From the NCBI GenBank assembly GCA_964546345.1, contig CAZJJQ010000001.1, forward strand, positions 1 to 30,409: DNA of 30,409 nucleotides, given 5' to 3'. The position numbers and the translations under genes are program-made. This document shows positions 1 through 8,823 of this stretch, piece by piece. Source of the stretch: an uncultured Planctomycetales bacterium (lineage in GTDB: Bacteria; Planctomycetota; PLA2; JAEUHO01). The notes under the pieces are model-generated. The model saw only the letters and a program-made list of their open reading frames with translations, was not told where the DNA came from and ran no database searches. The first letter of the stretch is position 1; every line of letters begins with the position of its first letter.

Positions 1-588
1 CAGGCTCGGCGACGGGTCCGCCGCCACGGTCCTGCCGAGCCACGCGACGCCCTCGGCATCCCGCAGCCCCCCGAGCGCGTCGGCGACGTGCGCCGCGAGG
101 CCGGCCTCGCGCTCGAGCAGCCGTCGATACAACGGGACGAGGACCGCCGTCAGCTTGCGCGTGGTGCGCTCCTTCTCGCCGGCCGCGTCCCACTCGAGGT
201 TGTACACCCCTGCGTAGCGCGCCTCGACGGCGGCCACGCGCCCGAGGAGGTCCTCGGCCTCGCCGTCCACGACCTTCCACCCGGCGGCGAGGGCGTCCGC
301 CTCGCCGACCGATGGCGCATCGGCCAGCGCCCCGACGGCCGCGTCCCGCGCGCCGAGCGCCGCCTCGATGGGCCCGGCGAGGCGCGCGACGAGGTCGTGG
401 AACGGCTTCGCCTCGATGACGATCCCCGGCGGCAGGGCCGCCGTGACGTCCTTCTCGAGCTTCCCCGCCGCGGGCAGTCGCAGGGGCTTGAACGCCTCCC
501 GAACTGCCTGTGCGCGGTCCCCCGCGGCCGCGACCGGCGCCGCGAGGAGCAGCACGCACGCGAGCGCGAGGCGGGGGGCCCGACCCAT
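1..588 (-). CDS. Exported hypothetical protein, partial (runs off the left edge); helical, possibly HEAT-repeat-like
   Basis: Not in the ORF track because it has no stop in the window. ATG at 588; I translated 196 open codons (MGRAPRLALACVLLLAAPVAAAGD...VAWLGRTVAADPSPSL). Signal-peptide-like N-terminus, G/C-ending codons, TAGGCT 6 nt upstream. Confidence 0.8.
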   Translation of the reverse strand, partial: MGRAPRLALACVLLLAAPVAAAGDRAQAVREAFKPLRLPAAGKLEKDVTAALPPGIVIEAKPFHDLVARLAGPIEAALGARDAAVGALADAPSVGEADALAAGWKVVDGEAEDLLGRVAAVEARYAGVYNLEWDAAGEKERTTRKLTAVLVPLYRRLLEREAGLAAHVADALGGLRDAEGVAWLGRTVAADPSPSL

Positions 589-594
589 GCGGAG

Positions 595-600
595 AGCCTA
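595..600 (-). promoter_or_regulatory. Putative -10 hexamer (TAGGCT), leaderless-type
   Basis: Exactly 6 nt upstream of ATG 588; no SD. Confidence 0.5.
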
Positions 601-780
601 TCCCCGTCCCCGCGCGCCGTCCCTTCGCGGCGAGGCGACGGGGAGCGTCGCGGTCGGGGCGGGAGGGCGCGGGATGAAGGCGGGGGGGAGGTGGGGGGCG
701 CGGGGGGGAGGGGCAGATGCCGACCCGGCGACCTGAAAGCCGGTCTCGATCGAGTCCGTCCGGCCCGACGGACCGCCGGT

Positions 781-786
781 TACGCT
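781..786 (+). promoter_or_regulatory. Putative -10 hexamer (TACGCT), leaderless-type
   Basis: Exactly 6 nt upstream of ATG 793; no SD. Confidence 0.55.
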
Positions 787-792
787 CCTGCG

Positions 793-2004
793 ATGCCGCC
801 TCCCCCGAACCCCTTCCGCGCGCACTTCACCCTCGATCCGCAGGTGACGTTCCTCAACCACGGCTCGTTCGGCGCCTGCCCGCGCCCCGTGCTCGAGGCG
901 CAGGACCGCTGGCGGGCGCGGCTCGAGGCCGAGCCGGTGCGCTTCATGGTGCGAGAGCTCGAGCCCGCGCTCGACGCGGCGCGCGAGACGATCGGCGCGT
1001 TCGTGGGCGCCGACCCGGACGACCTCGCGTTCGTCCCCAATGCGACCACGGGGGTGAACACCGTCCTGCGCTCGATCGCGCTGCGGCCGGGCGACGAGCT
1101 CCTGACGACGGACCACGTCTACAACGCGTGCGCGAACGTGCTGCGGGCCGTCGCGGCGGCGTCCGGCGCGCGCGTGGTGCTCGCGCCCATCCCCTTCCCG
1201 TCGAAGGGGGCCGACGAGGTCGTGGACGCGGTGCTCGCGCACGTCCGCCCGACCACGCGCCTCGCCCTCCTCGACCACGTCACGAGTCCCACGGGGATCG
1301 TCCTCCCCATCGAACGGCTCGTCGCCGAGCTCGCTCGGCGCGGGGTGGACGCGCTGATCGACGGCGCCCACGGCCCCGGCATGCTTCCGCTCGACCTCCG
1401 GCGGCTCGGCGCGGCGTACTACACCGGCAACTTCCACAAGTGGGTGTGCGCGCCGAAGGGCGCCGCCATGCTGTGGGTGCGACGGGACCGGCAGGCGCAG
1501 GTGCGGCCGCTGGTCATCAGCCACGGCGCCAACTCGCCGCGCACCGACCGCGCCCGCTTCCGCCTCGAGTTCGACTGGGGCGGCACCGACGATCCGACGC
1601 CGTACCTCTGCGTGCCCGAGGCGCTGGGCTTCCTCGGGGGCCTCCTCCCCGGCGGCTGGCCCGCGCTGATGGCCCACAACCGCGCGAAGGCGCTCGCGAT
1701 GCGCACACGGCTCGCCGCCCGCCTCGGGGCCACGCTCCCGTGCCCCGACGACATGATCGGCACCCTCGCGACGATTCCGATCCCCTCCGCCACCCGTCCT
1801 CCCGCGGCCGGCGCCCCCGTCCCCGCCTACCAGACCGCGCTCCAGACCGCGCTGGTCGAGCGCCATCGGGTCCAGGTCCCGATCATCGAGTGGTTCACGC
1901 CCGTCCGCCGCTTCGTCCGCATCTCGGCCCAGGTCTACAACGACCCCGCCGAGTACGACCGCCTCGCGGACGCCCTCCTGGCCGAGCTCGCCGCGGGCAG
2001 CTGA
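793..2004 (+). CDS. PLP-dependent class V aminotransferase-fold enzyme (isopenicillin-N epimerase CefD / Egt2 / L-cysteine desulfhydrase-like)
   Basis: Motifs FLNHGSFGACP, FVPNATTGVN, IDGAHGPG and GNFHKWVCAPKG (PLP Lys). The start is moved from the track's 88 to ATG 793, because the upstream part is the shadow of the minus-strand gene. Confidence 0.9.
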   Translation: MPPPPNPFRAHFTLDPQVTFLNHGSFGACPRPVLEAQDRWRARLEAEPVRFMVRELEPALDAARETIGAFVGADPDDLAFVPNATTGVNTVLRSIALRPGDELLTTDHVYNACANVLRAVAAASGARVVLAPIPFPSKGADEVVDAVLAHVRPTTRLALLDHVTSPTGIVLPIERLVAELARRGVDALIDGAHGPGMLPLDLRRLGAAYYTGNFHKWVCAPKGAAMLWVRRDRQAQVRPLVISHGANSPRTDRARFRLEFDWGGTDDPTPYLCVPEALGFLGGLLPGGWPALMAHNRAKALAMRTRLAARLGATLPCPDDMIGTLATIPIPSATRPPAAGAPVPAYQTALQTALVERHRVQVPIIEWFTPVRRFVRISAQVYNDPAEYDRLADALLAELAAGS

Positions 2005-2034
2005 TCGCGATCCCGAGGTCCCCGAGGCTCTCCG

Positions 2035-2490
2035 TCAGTCCTTCGTCCCGGGGGCAGGCGCGCCCTTCTGGACCATCGCGCCGATCAGGAAACGCGTCGT
2101 CGCGAGGACCGTCTCGCCCACGCGGAACTCGACGCCGAACCAGCCGCCCGCCTTCACCGTCAGCGTCTTGAAGCCTGCCGCGATCACGTTCTGTCGGCCC
2201 TCGTAGCCCTTGTTCACCGTGAGCCGCCCCGGCAGGTCCACCAGCGTCACGCTCGGGTCGCCCACGGGGAAGATGCGGAAGTGCACCTTCGCCTCGCCCG
2301 CCCGGTGGGCGCGCACGAACGCGGCGAACGTCAGCGGCCCCGCGTCGCCCGGGAGCTTCAGCACCGGCACGATGTCGAGCACCTCGCGCACGCTCACCCC
2401 GCCCGTCTTGCTCCCGGTCACCTCCCGGCACACGAGGAGGGCGTGGACCTCGATCTGGGGCGACTCGTCGGCGGGGGCGGCGTCGTTCAT
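2035..2490 (-). CDS. Small beta-rich hypothetical protein (resembles DUF6941-type proteins)
   Basis: C-terminal 151 aa of track ORF 2035..4404 (MNDAAPADESPQIEVHALLVCREV...GWFGVEFRVGETVLATTRFLIG). Protein-like composition only from ATG 2490. The family label is from recall and weak. Confidence 0.75.
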   Translation of the reverse strand: MNDAAPADESPQIEVHALLVCREVTGSKTGGVSVREVLDIVPVLKLPGDAGPLTFAAFVRAHRAGEAKVHFRIFPVGDPSVTLVDLPGRLTVNKGYEGRQNVIAAGFKTLTVKAGGWFGVEFRVGETVLATTRFLIGAMVQKGAPAPGTKD

Positions 2491-2498
2491 GGGGGGCC

Positions 2499-2504
2499 AC
2501 GCTA
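2499..2504 (-). promoter_or_regulatory. Putative -10 hexamer (TAGCGT)
   Basis: 8 nt upstream of ATG 2490; no SD. Confidence 0.4.
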
Positions 2505-2652
2505 CCGCCCCCCCGCGCCCCCCGGAATCCCTGCCCCGGGCGTGACCCGCCCGTGAACGCCGGGTGACGGGAGCGAGACGCACGTGGGTGACCCTCGTGC
2601 CGGGTCGGTCGGGCAGGCCGCGCGGTCGCGCCGCGCGGGTCGGGAGGGTCGC

Positions 2653-4497
2653 GTGCGGCGGATCGTGGGCGGCATCGTCCTCGGGCTCGGCCTCGGCGCC
2701 GTCGCGTGTGCGCTGGCGGGCGGACGCGCGGGAGAAGCGCCCGGGTGCGCCGACGGCGAACGCGGCGTGGGAGCGGGAGAACCCGCACGGGAGGAGCAGT
2801 CCGCCGAGGAGGTGGGGGGCGGCGGGGGGAGGGACCTCGGCGCGCGGTGCGAGCCCCCCTCGGCGACGCGTCTGGCGGCCCGCGGGCGATGTGGACCGGC
2901 GTCCGGAACCACGGCCGGGGGCGAGGACGCGGGGCCGCTCCCGAGGACCTCGTGGACGCTCGTGCTCGAAGGGCACGATGGAAGCGGATCGTCGGACGCG
3001 CTCCGGCGCCAGGCGGCGCCTTGGGAACCGCCGGCCGCTCCCTCCGCAAGCCGCGCCGAGGGGGGGCCGTTCGAGCGCGGTGGTCCCGACGTCCTCGAGC
3101 GCGTCTACGACGTCGCCGGGGCGCTCGTGCGAATGGCCAACGACCCTCCCGAGGTCCGCGTGGCGTGGACGACAGGCGAAGCGGCCGTGGGTGCGCAGCT
3201 CGAGCATCTCGGGGCGCGCCTGTACGACCGCACGGGCGAGGCCGCATGGCGAACGCCGGGCGCGGGCATCGGTGTCGATCCCGAGGTGAACGTGAATCCG
3301 GGGCTGCACGTGCGGCAGACCGCCGACGTGTTGGCGAAGATCGAGGCGGCGCTCGACGAGATCCTCCCCCTCGGAGGCGACGCCCGGACGGTCCGCGTCT
3401 GGCGGGGCCGGACCGTCCTGGGCACGCTCGCGGTCGGGGAGGCCCGGCGGCTCGATGCGGAGCCGCGGATCCTGGACGCGACGTCCTCCCCCGCCGTGCG
3501 CGGGGCCGTCGAGCTCGACGTGCCCGTGGAGCGCGTGGTGACCGGGTTCCTGGGAGACGCGCACGTTCTCGTCGCGGACTACGACGTCGAGATCAGCCAG
3601 GCGGCGCAGATCAGGGGCCCGCTCCTCGACCTCGGGCACGACGGACTCTCCGTCCGCGCGCGTCGGGTGGCGTCGAGCGACGAGCTCGAGGTGGAACTCC
3701 GGGAGGGACGGGCGACCCTTCCGCTCGCGACGTTCTCCACGTCCCTGGCGGGGGGATCCGCCGGCGGCGCGGACACCGTGGTCATCGAGCTCCCGCGCAC
3801 CGGACCGCGGGTGCTGCTGCGGATCCCCGCGCGGGAGGGCGAGACGTGGCTCGTCGGGCTGGGCGAAGACCGTGCCGCCGTCGTGGAGGTGGGGGCCTCC
3901 GTCACGGGAGCGGGGGCGATCCGGCGCGGGTGGATGCGCCTCCCTCCGTCGAGGGACGACGCGGCGGACGAGCCGGCCACCGAGCTCGTTCCGCCGCGTG
4001 GTGCCGTCGCCGTGCACCTGCTGCGTCCGTCGCGGCGCGAGGGCGAGCCGGCCTGGTCCACCGGGGTCGTGCCCCTGAGGCCGCATGCCGTGGCCCTGCA
4101 CGGCTTCGACCGCACGCGCGAGGAGGCGCTCCCGGCGGGGGCGGAGCCGTACGGCGCGGGTAGCGCCGACGAGCTCGAAGATCGTGTCGCGGTGCTGCGC
4201 GGGGGGACGTGCGTGTCGGGGCGGTGGGTCGGCGGCACGCCGCACGGGGAGGCCTACGACCTCGTGCTGTCGGTCGCCGAGACGGCGGGGACGCGGCCCT
4301 CCCCGCCCCTCCTCGGCGGGCCGGAGGGGTCCCCCTCCAGGCGCACGGCGCTGCTGCCTTCGTTCCGACGCGCGGTCGTGCCTCTGCGGATCGTCGTGCC
4401 GCACGGCGGCGTCGGACGCCGGACCGTGACGCTCGATCTCGGGAACGGCCCGCAGCCGTGGACGGTGTCGCTGTCGGGGGGCGTACGAGCCGAGTAA
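2653..4497 (+). CDS. Exported hypothetical protein with degenerate secretin-like segments
   Basis: GTG 2653 follows GGGAGG and starts a hydrophobic N-terminus. LHVRQTADVLAKIEAALDEI resembles a secretin N3 segment. VADYDVEISQAAQIRGPLLDLGHDGLSVRARRV...VIELP...EGETWLVG resembles a secretin C-domain segment. Confidence 0.6.
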   Translation: MRRIVGGIVLGLGLGAVACALAGGRAGEAPGCADGERGVGAGEPAREEQSAEEVGGGGGRDLGARCEPPSATRLAARGRCGPASGTTAGGEDAGPLPRTSWTLVLEGHDGSGSSDALRRQAAPWEPPAAPSASRAEGGPFERGGPDVLERVYDVAGALVRMANDPPEVRVAWTTGEAAVGAQLEHLGARLYDRTGEAAWRTPGAGIGVDPEVNVNPGLHVRQTADVLAKIEAALDEILPLGGDARTVRVWRGRTVLGTLAVGEARRLDAEPRILDATSSPAVRGAVELDVPVERVVTGFLGDAHVLVADYDVEISQAAQIRGPLLDLGHDGLSVRARRVASSDELEVELREGRATLPLATFSTSLAGGSAGGADTVVIELPRTGPRVLLRIPAREGETWLVGLGEDRAAVVEVGASVTGAGAIRRGWMRLPPSRDDAADEPATELVPPRGAVAVHLLRPSRREGEPAWSTGVVPLRPHAVALHGFDRTREEALPAGAEPYGAGSADELEDRVAVLRGGTCVSGRWVGGTPHGEAYDLVLSVAETAGTRPSPPLLGGPEGSPSRRTALLPSFRRAVVPLRIVVPHGGVGRRTVTLDLGNGPQPWTVSLSGGVRAE

Positions 4498-4532
4498 CGA
4501 AGGGGGCCGCTTCCGCGGCCACCAACCTCGGG

Positions 4533-4538
4533 TACGGT
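4533..4538 (+). promoter_or_regulatory. Putative -10 hexamer (TACGGT), leaderless-type
   Basis: Exactly 6 nt upstream of ATG 4545; no SD. Confidence 0.5.
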
Positions 4539-4544
4539 GTCCCC

Positions 4545-6716
4545 ATGCGCTTCCGGCACGCGGTGCTCGCCCTGCTCGCCCTCGCCTCGGCGGGGACGCC
4601 CCCGCCCGCGCACGCGGGCGACCCGCCGGCGGCGGCGGGCGGCGCGGGCACCCTCGTCGAGGGGCAGACCGCCTCGATCCGGATCCCGCGCGGCACCGAG
4701 CGGTGGCTCGGCCGCTTCGAGGTGCCGGTCGGCGCGAAGGCCCTGCACGTCTTCGCGTCGTCGCCCGTGGACGTCGATCTCGAGCTCCGCCCCGGCGTCG
4801 TGCCGGCGACGGAAGCCGCGACCCGGGGCGACGACGACGACCTGGTCGCCGAGGGAGAGCTCGGCGACGAGCACCTCATGCTCCCGGATCCCCAGCCGGG
4901 GCCGTGGACGCTGATCGTGCGCCACCCGGCGTCCCGCCGCGGCTTCGCGCCGGTGGACCTCGCCTTCGCCGTGACCGGCGGAGGCAGGCCCGAGGTGCTC
5001 CTCGAGGGCCAGGGCATGGACCTCGGGAAGGTCTCCGCCTGGCCCCTGCGGGCCGTCGCCTGGTGGCCTGCCACCCGCCCCGAGCTCGTCGTGACGGGGC
5101 CGCGAGGGGTGGCGGTCCGGGCGAGCGGCCACGAGGCTCCCGGCGGGCGGGGATCCCGCGCCGCGGCGCGCGGGGCGGCCCTCCGCCTCGGCGAGGCGGA
5201 CGGCGTCCCGCGGGGGCTCGTGCCGCTCGAGGTCCTGCCCGAGACGCGCACCCTGCGTGGGCAGCTCGAGATGTCGGTCGAGCCGGCGCCGAAGAAGGTG
5301 GGGCCGCATGCCCTCCGGCTCGGAAGTCCCCTCGAGTTCAAGGTGACCGAGGAGGACAAGGCGTCCCGCGTCGCCTTCCGGCTGGAGGTGCCTCCCCGGT
5401 GCCCGGGGGTCGATCTCACCGTCGTCGGTGACAAGGACCAGGACTTCGACCTGTACGTGCGCCGCGGCAAGGGCATGGAGAGCCCTTCGGAGGACGCCGA
5501 CTACATCGCCCTCCGCACGGGCGACGAGGACGGGGTCCATCTCGGCGGCACCCGCGGCCTGCCCGCCGGCACCTACGAGATCCTCGCGGAGGTCGTGGGG
5601 TCCCCCGACGCCCCGCGCGCGACCCTGCTGGCGGAGGAGCGGTCCTTCGCCGACGCCTCCCCGCGCCTCACGCAGGGTCCGGGGCGGTCGCTGCCCCTCG
5701 GCGTCTACGCGAACGGCCACTTCGAGTCGTTGGACGCCTACGCCTCCTGGTTCCAGGTGACGCTCCCGGCGGGAGCGAGGACGCTCGAGCTCCAGCTGGT
5801 GGACGCCTCGAGCGACCTGGACCTCCTCGTCGTCCGACCGGACACCGGGGAGATCGTGGGCCGCTCCCTCGAGGAGCGGGTGGACGAACACCTGTCCCTG
5901 CCCCTGACCGGGGAGCTGGCCGGCCTTGGGAGGCTCACGGTCGGGGTCGCGAACCGGCTCGGAACCGAACCCGCGGTGCGCTTCCGGGTCGCGGCGTCGG
6001 CCGACGGTCGTCCGGAGATCCCGAAGGACCTCCGGTTCCCGCCCTTCCACCGGTCGGAGGAGCTCAGCCCGACCGAGCGCATCGCCGAGTGCGTGGCGGA
6101 GGTGACGGTGCGCAGCGGAGGGGGCAGCGCGGTCTGCGTCCATCCCTCCGGCTTCCTCGTCACCTGCAGCCACGTGCTCGAGGACGAAGACGAGCCGGGG
6201 GGCATCCAGTCCGACGACATCCTCATCGCGTTCCCCGACGACTTCCGCCAGGCGCCTCGCCAGCGGTACGTGGCCCGGCGGATCGCTTCCGACCCGACGC
6301 TCGACCTGGCCGTGCTCCGCATCGTGTCCGACGTGTACGGCCGGCCCGTGTCGAAGGACCTGGCCCTGCCCTACGTCCGGTGGGGGACCCCCTCCGCCGT
6401 CCGGCTCGGGGAACCCCTATGGGCTGTGGGCTACCCGGAGTCCGGCTCGGAACGGTCGCGAACCGGGGTGATCGTCTCCCGGGGCGTGGTCTCGGGGCTC
6501 GAGCTGGAGCGGGGCTCCCTGAGCTGGATCAAGACCGACGCCTGGATCGGGCATGGCCATAGCGGTGGGGGTGTCTTCACCGAGGACGGGCGATGGGTTG
6601 GGGTTGCATGCGCAACCATGGGGGATCACGAGTCGATGGCGCTGATCCGTCCCCACACCGCCATCCCCTGGCTGTGGCGCCTCCCTTGGCTTGCGCTCTC
6701 CGCGAAGCGCAAGTAG
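4545..6716 (+). CDS. Secreted trypsin-like (S1) serine protease with N-terminal PPC-like (pre-peptidase) domains
   Basis: Signal peptide MRFRHAVLALLALASAG. About three PPC-like repeats (DVDLEL...PGPWTLIV; DFDLYVRRG...PAGTYEI; DLDLLV). Catalytic triad motifs VTCSHV, DLAVL and GHSGGG. Confidence 0.85.
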   Translation: MRFRHAVLALLALASAGTPPPAHAGDPPAAAGGAGTLVEGQTASIRIPRGTERWLGRFEVPVGAKALHVFASSPVDVDLELRPGVVPATEAATRGDDDDLVAEGELGDEHLMLPDPQPGPWTLIVRHPASRRGFAPVDLAFAVTGGGRPEVLLEGQGMDLGKVSAWPLRAVAWWPATRPELVVTGPRGVAVRASGHEAPGGRGSRAAARGAALRLGEADGVPRGLVPLEVLPETRTLRGQLEMSVEPAPKKVGPHALRLGSPLEFKVTEEDKASRVAFRLEVPPRCPGVDLTVVGDKDQDFDLYVRRGKGMESPSEDADYIALRTGDEDGVHLGGTRGLPAGTYEILAEVVGSPDAPRATLLAEERSFADASPRLTQGPGRSLPLGVYANGHFESLDAYASWFQVTLPAGARTLELQLVDASSDLDLLVVRPDTGEIVGRSLEERVDEHLSLPLTGELAGLGRLTVGVANRLGTEPAVRFRVAASADGRPEIPKDLRFPPFHRSEELSPTERIAECVAEVTVRSGGGSAVCVHPSGFLVTCSHVLEDEDEPGGIQSDDILIAFPDDFRQAPRQRYVARRIASDPTLDLAVLRIVSDVYGRPVSKDLALPYVRWGTPSAVRLGEPLWAVGYPESGSERSRTGVIVSRGVVSGLELERGSLSWIKTDAWIGHGHSGGGVFTEDGRWVGVACATMGDHESMALIRPHTAIPWLWRLPWLALSAKRK

Positions 6717-6783
6717 GGCCCGGGTGAAGGAAACGCAAGGGCCGTGCCGGTCATCCGGGGGGGTGGCGCGACCGACGGAACCG

Positions 6784-6792
6784 TGGTAGATT
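6784..6792 (+). promoter_or_regulatory. Putative extended -10 (TGgTAGATT)
   Basis: TG-n-TAGATT, 9 nt upstream of ATG 6802; no SD. Confidence 0.45.
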
Positions 6793-6801
6793 CCACGTCT
6801 T

Positions 6802-7260
6802 ATGGCACGCACTGCGAGCGCACGTACTCCCAAGAAGTCCCCGCCCCCGCCCCCCGCTCCGGCCCGGGTGGCCAGGTACACGGTCAACAAGGCCGTGCTG
6901 GCGCGCAAGGTCTGGATCCTCGGGTGCGAGGAACCGCGGATCGTGTCGGCCGTCGCCTACCTCCGCAAGGCCGGGCACGACGCCCGAGGGGGTGAGCCCG
7001 GTGGTGACATCGGCACGGCGCTGCGTACGGAGCGCCCCGACCTCGTCGTCATCGACATGGCGGACCAGGCCGACCGCGGCAAGCACGTCGCGGTGCAGCT
7101 CCGCGCCGATCGTGGGACGCGTCAGCTCCCCATCGTCCTCGTCGGCGTTGCCTCCGCGGACGGGCCCAAGCTCGACCGGGCCGTCCCCGGTCCGACCCGT
7201 CGCTACGCCGGGGCGCTCGACTCAGCCTCGGTCCTCGAGGCGATCGTCAAGGACCTCTAG
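6802..7260 (+). CDS. Stand-alone atypical receiver (CheY-like) domain protein
   Basis: RPDLVVIDM (phospho-acceptor Asp position) and TRQLPIVLV fit the receiver fold. The conserved Thr/Ser and the Lys-Pro are not evident. Confidence 0.7.
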   Translation: MARTASARTPKKSPPPPPAPARVARYTVNKAVLARKVWILGCEEPRIVSAVAYLRKAGHDARGGEPGGDIGTALRTERPDLVVIDMADQADRGKHVAVQLRADRGTRQLPIVLVGVASADGPKLDRAVPGPTRRYAGALDSASVLEAIVKDL

Positions 7261-7638
7261 GCGCCGGAAGCCCTGATCCCGTGCACCCGCGCGGGACCCC
7301 AGCGGCGCGAAGCCAGGTGGGCGTCGTGCGCCGGCACTCGGGACGTAGGTCCCGTGTGGATGCGGAATACGGCGTCGCCAAGGTGTGCGGCCTTCCCCGC
7401 CGCGGACGCCGGCGCCCGTACGTGGTGCCGGGGGGGCACCTCACCCTGCATCGGCCGTCGGGGCCAGGCCCCCGGCGAACGCGCGGCGGCGGGGCCAATC
7501 GGATCCGTGCCGCGTACCCCTCGCGGCGTCCATCGTGTCGAAGGGCCTCCACCGATCGCGGTCGGGGTCGGTCTGCCCCCCGGCGCCCCCCCGATTCCCC
7601 GTGACGTCCGCATCCGCTGCCCTCCGCGCGACCGCGGG

Positions 7639-7644
7639 TACGCT
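7639..7644 (+). promoter_or_regulatory. Putative -10 hexamer (TACGCT), leaderless-type
   Basis: Exactly 6 nt upstream of ATG 7651; same hexamer as at 781. Confidence 0.55.
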
Positions 7645-7650
7645 CTCCCC

Positions 7651-8823
7651 ATGAGCGACGGTCCCGGCACGCGGTCGGTGCACGCAGGAGAGCGACCCGA
7701 TCCTTCCACCGGGGCGCTGAACACCCCGGTCTATCGGACGAGCACGTTCCGATTCGACACGACCGACGACCTGCGGGCGGCCTCCCGGGGGGAGCGCCCC
7801 GGGTTCTACACGCGACACGGCCACCCCAACTTCGAAGCCGTCGAGCGGAAGTTCGCCGCGCTCCACGGCGCGAACGACGCGGTCCTGTTCGGGTCGGGGA
7901 TGGCGGCGTTCGCGGGGATCGCGCTCGGGCTGCTCCGGGCCGGGGACCACCTGGTCTCCCTCGCCGACCTGTACGGCGGGACCCGGGTCCAGCTCCTCGA
8001 CCTCGCCGCGAGGTTCGGGATCCACACGACGTTCGTCCCGCTCGACGACGCGGCGGGGCTCGCGCGCGCCCTCCCCGGCGCGCGGATGCTTCTCGCCGAG
8101 AGCCCCACCAACCCCTGCCTGCGGGTCGTGGACGTGGAGGTGCTGGCGGCAAAGGCGCACGCGGCGGGGGCCCTGCTCGTGTTCGACAACACGTTCGCAA
8201 CCCCCCTCCTCCAGCGGCCCCTCGGCCTCGGCGCCGACCTCGTCTGGGAGAGCGCGACGAAGGCCCTCGGCGGCCACAGCGACCTCCTCGCGGGCCTCGT
8301 CACCGGCCGCGACGACCTGCTCCCGGCGGTCCGCACCGCCCGCAAGGTGTACGGCGGCATCCTCGACCCCGACGCGGCCTGGCTCCTCGAACGCGGCATG
8401 AAGACGCTCGCCGCCCGCGTCGAGCGGCAGTGCCGCACGGCCGCCGAGGTCGCGGCCTGGCTCGAGCGTCACCCCCGCGTCGCACGCGTGCTCTACCCGG
8501 GCCTGCCCTCGCACCCCGACCACGAGGTCGCGCGGCGCGTGCTCCGGGACGGATTCGGCGGCGTCGTGACCTTCGGCTGCGCGGGGGGGCTCCCCGCCGC
8601 GCGCGCCGTCGCCGATCGCGTCCGCCTCATCGCGAACGCGCCGAGCCTCGGTGGGGTGGAGAGCCTCCTCTCCCTGCCCCTGTACACGAGTCACGCCTAC
8701 CTTTCGCCCGACGAGCGTTCGGCGACCGGCGTGACCGATGATCTGATACGACTGTCCATCGGGCTCGAGGACGCCGCGGACCTCCGCGCCGACCTCGACC
8801 AGGCCCTCGGAGCTCCCGCATGA
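7651..8823 (+). CDS. Trans-sulfuration PLP enzyme (cystathionine gamma-synthase/lyase, methionine gamma-lyase family)
   Basis: TPVYRTSTF, YTRHGHPN, FGSGMAA, ESPTNP, DNTFATP, SATKALGGHSD (PLP Lys), SLGGVESL, RLSIGLED. The exact reaction cannot be assigned from motifs. Confidence 0.92.
   Translation: MSDGPGTRSVHAGERPDPSTGALNTPVYRTSTFRFDTTDDLRAASRGERPGFYTRHGHPNFEAVERKFAALHGANDAVLFGSGMAAFAGIALGLLRAGDHLVSLADLYGGTRVQLLDLAARFGIHTTFVPLDDAAGLARALPGARMLLAESPTNPCLRVVDVEVLAAKAHAAGALLVFDNTFATPLLQRPLGLGADLVWESATKALGGHSDLLAGLVTGRDDLLPAVRTARKVYGGILDPDAAWLLERGMKTLAARVERQCRTAAEVAAWLERHPRVARVLYPGLPSHPDHEVARRVLRDGFGGVVTFGCAGGLPAARAVADRVRLIANAPSLGGVESLLSLPLYTSHAYLSPDERSATGVTDDLIRLSIGLEDAADLRADLDQALGAPA

Noticed and set aside
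7257-7450. HLGDAVF as a Mini-RNase III signature
   Set aside because: Only ~64 codons with no further RNase III motifs; likely chance.
7261-7650. SAM riboswitch upstream of the trans-sulfuration gene
   Set aside because: The SAM-I core (AUC.AGA, GAGGGA..GGCCC, GCAAC) and SAM-IV motifs are not found in order, and a -10 hexamer 6 nt before the ATG implies no long leader.
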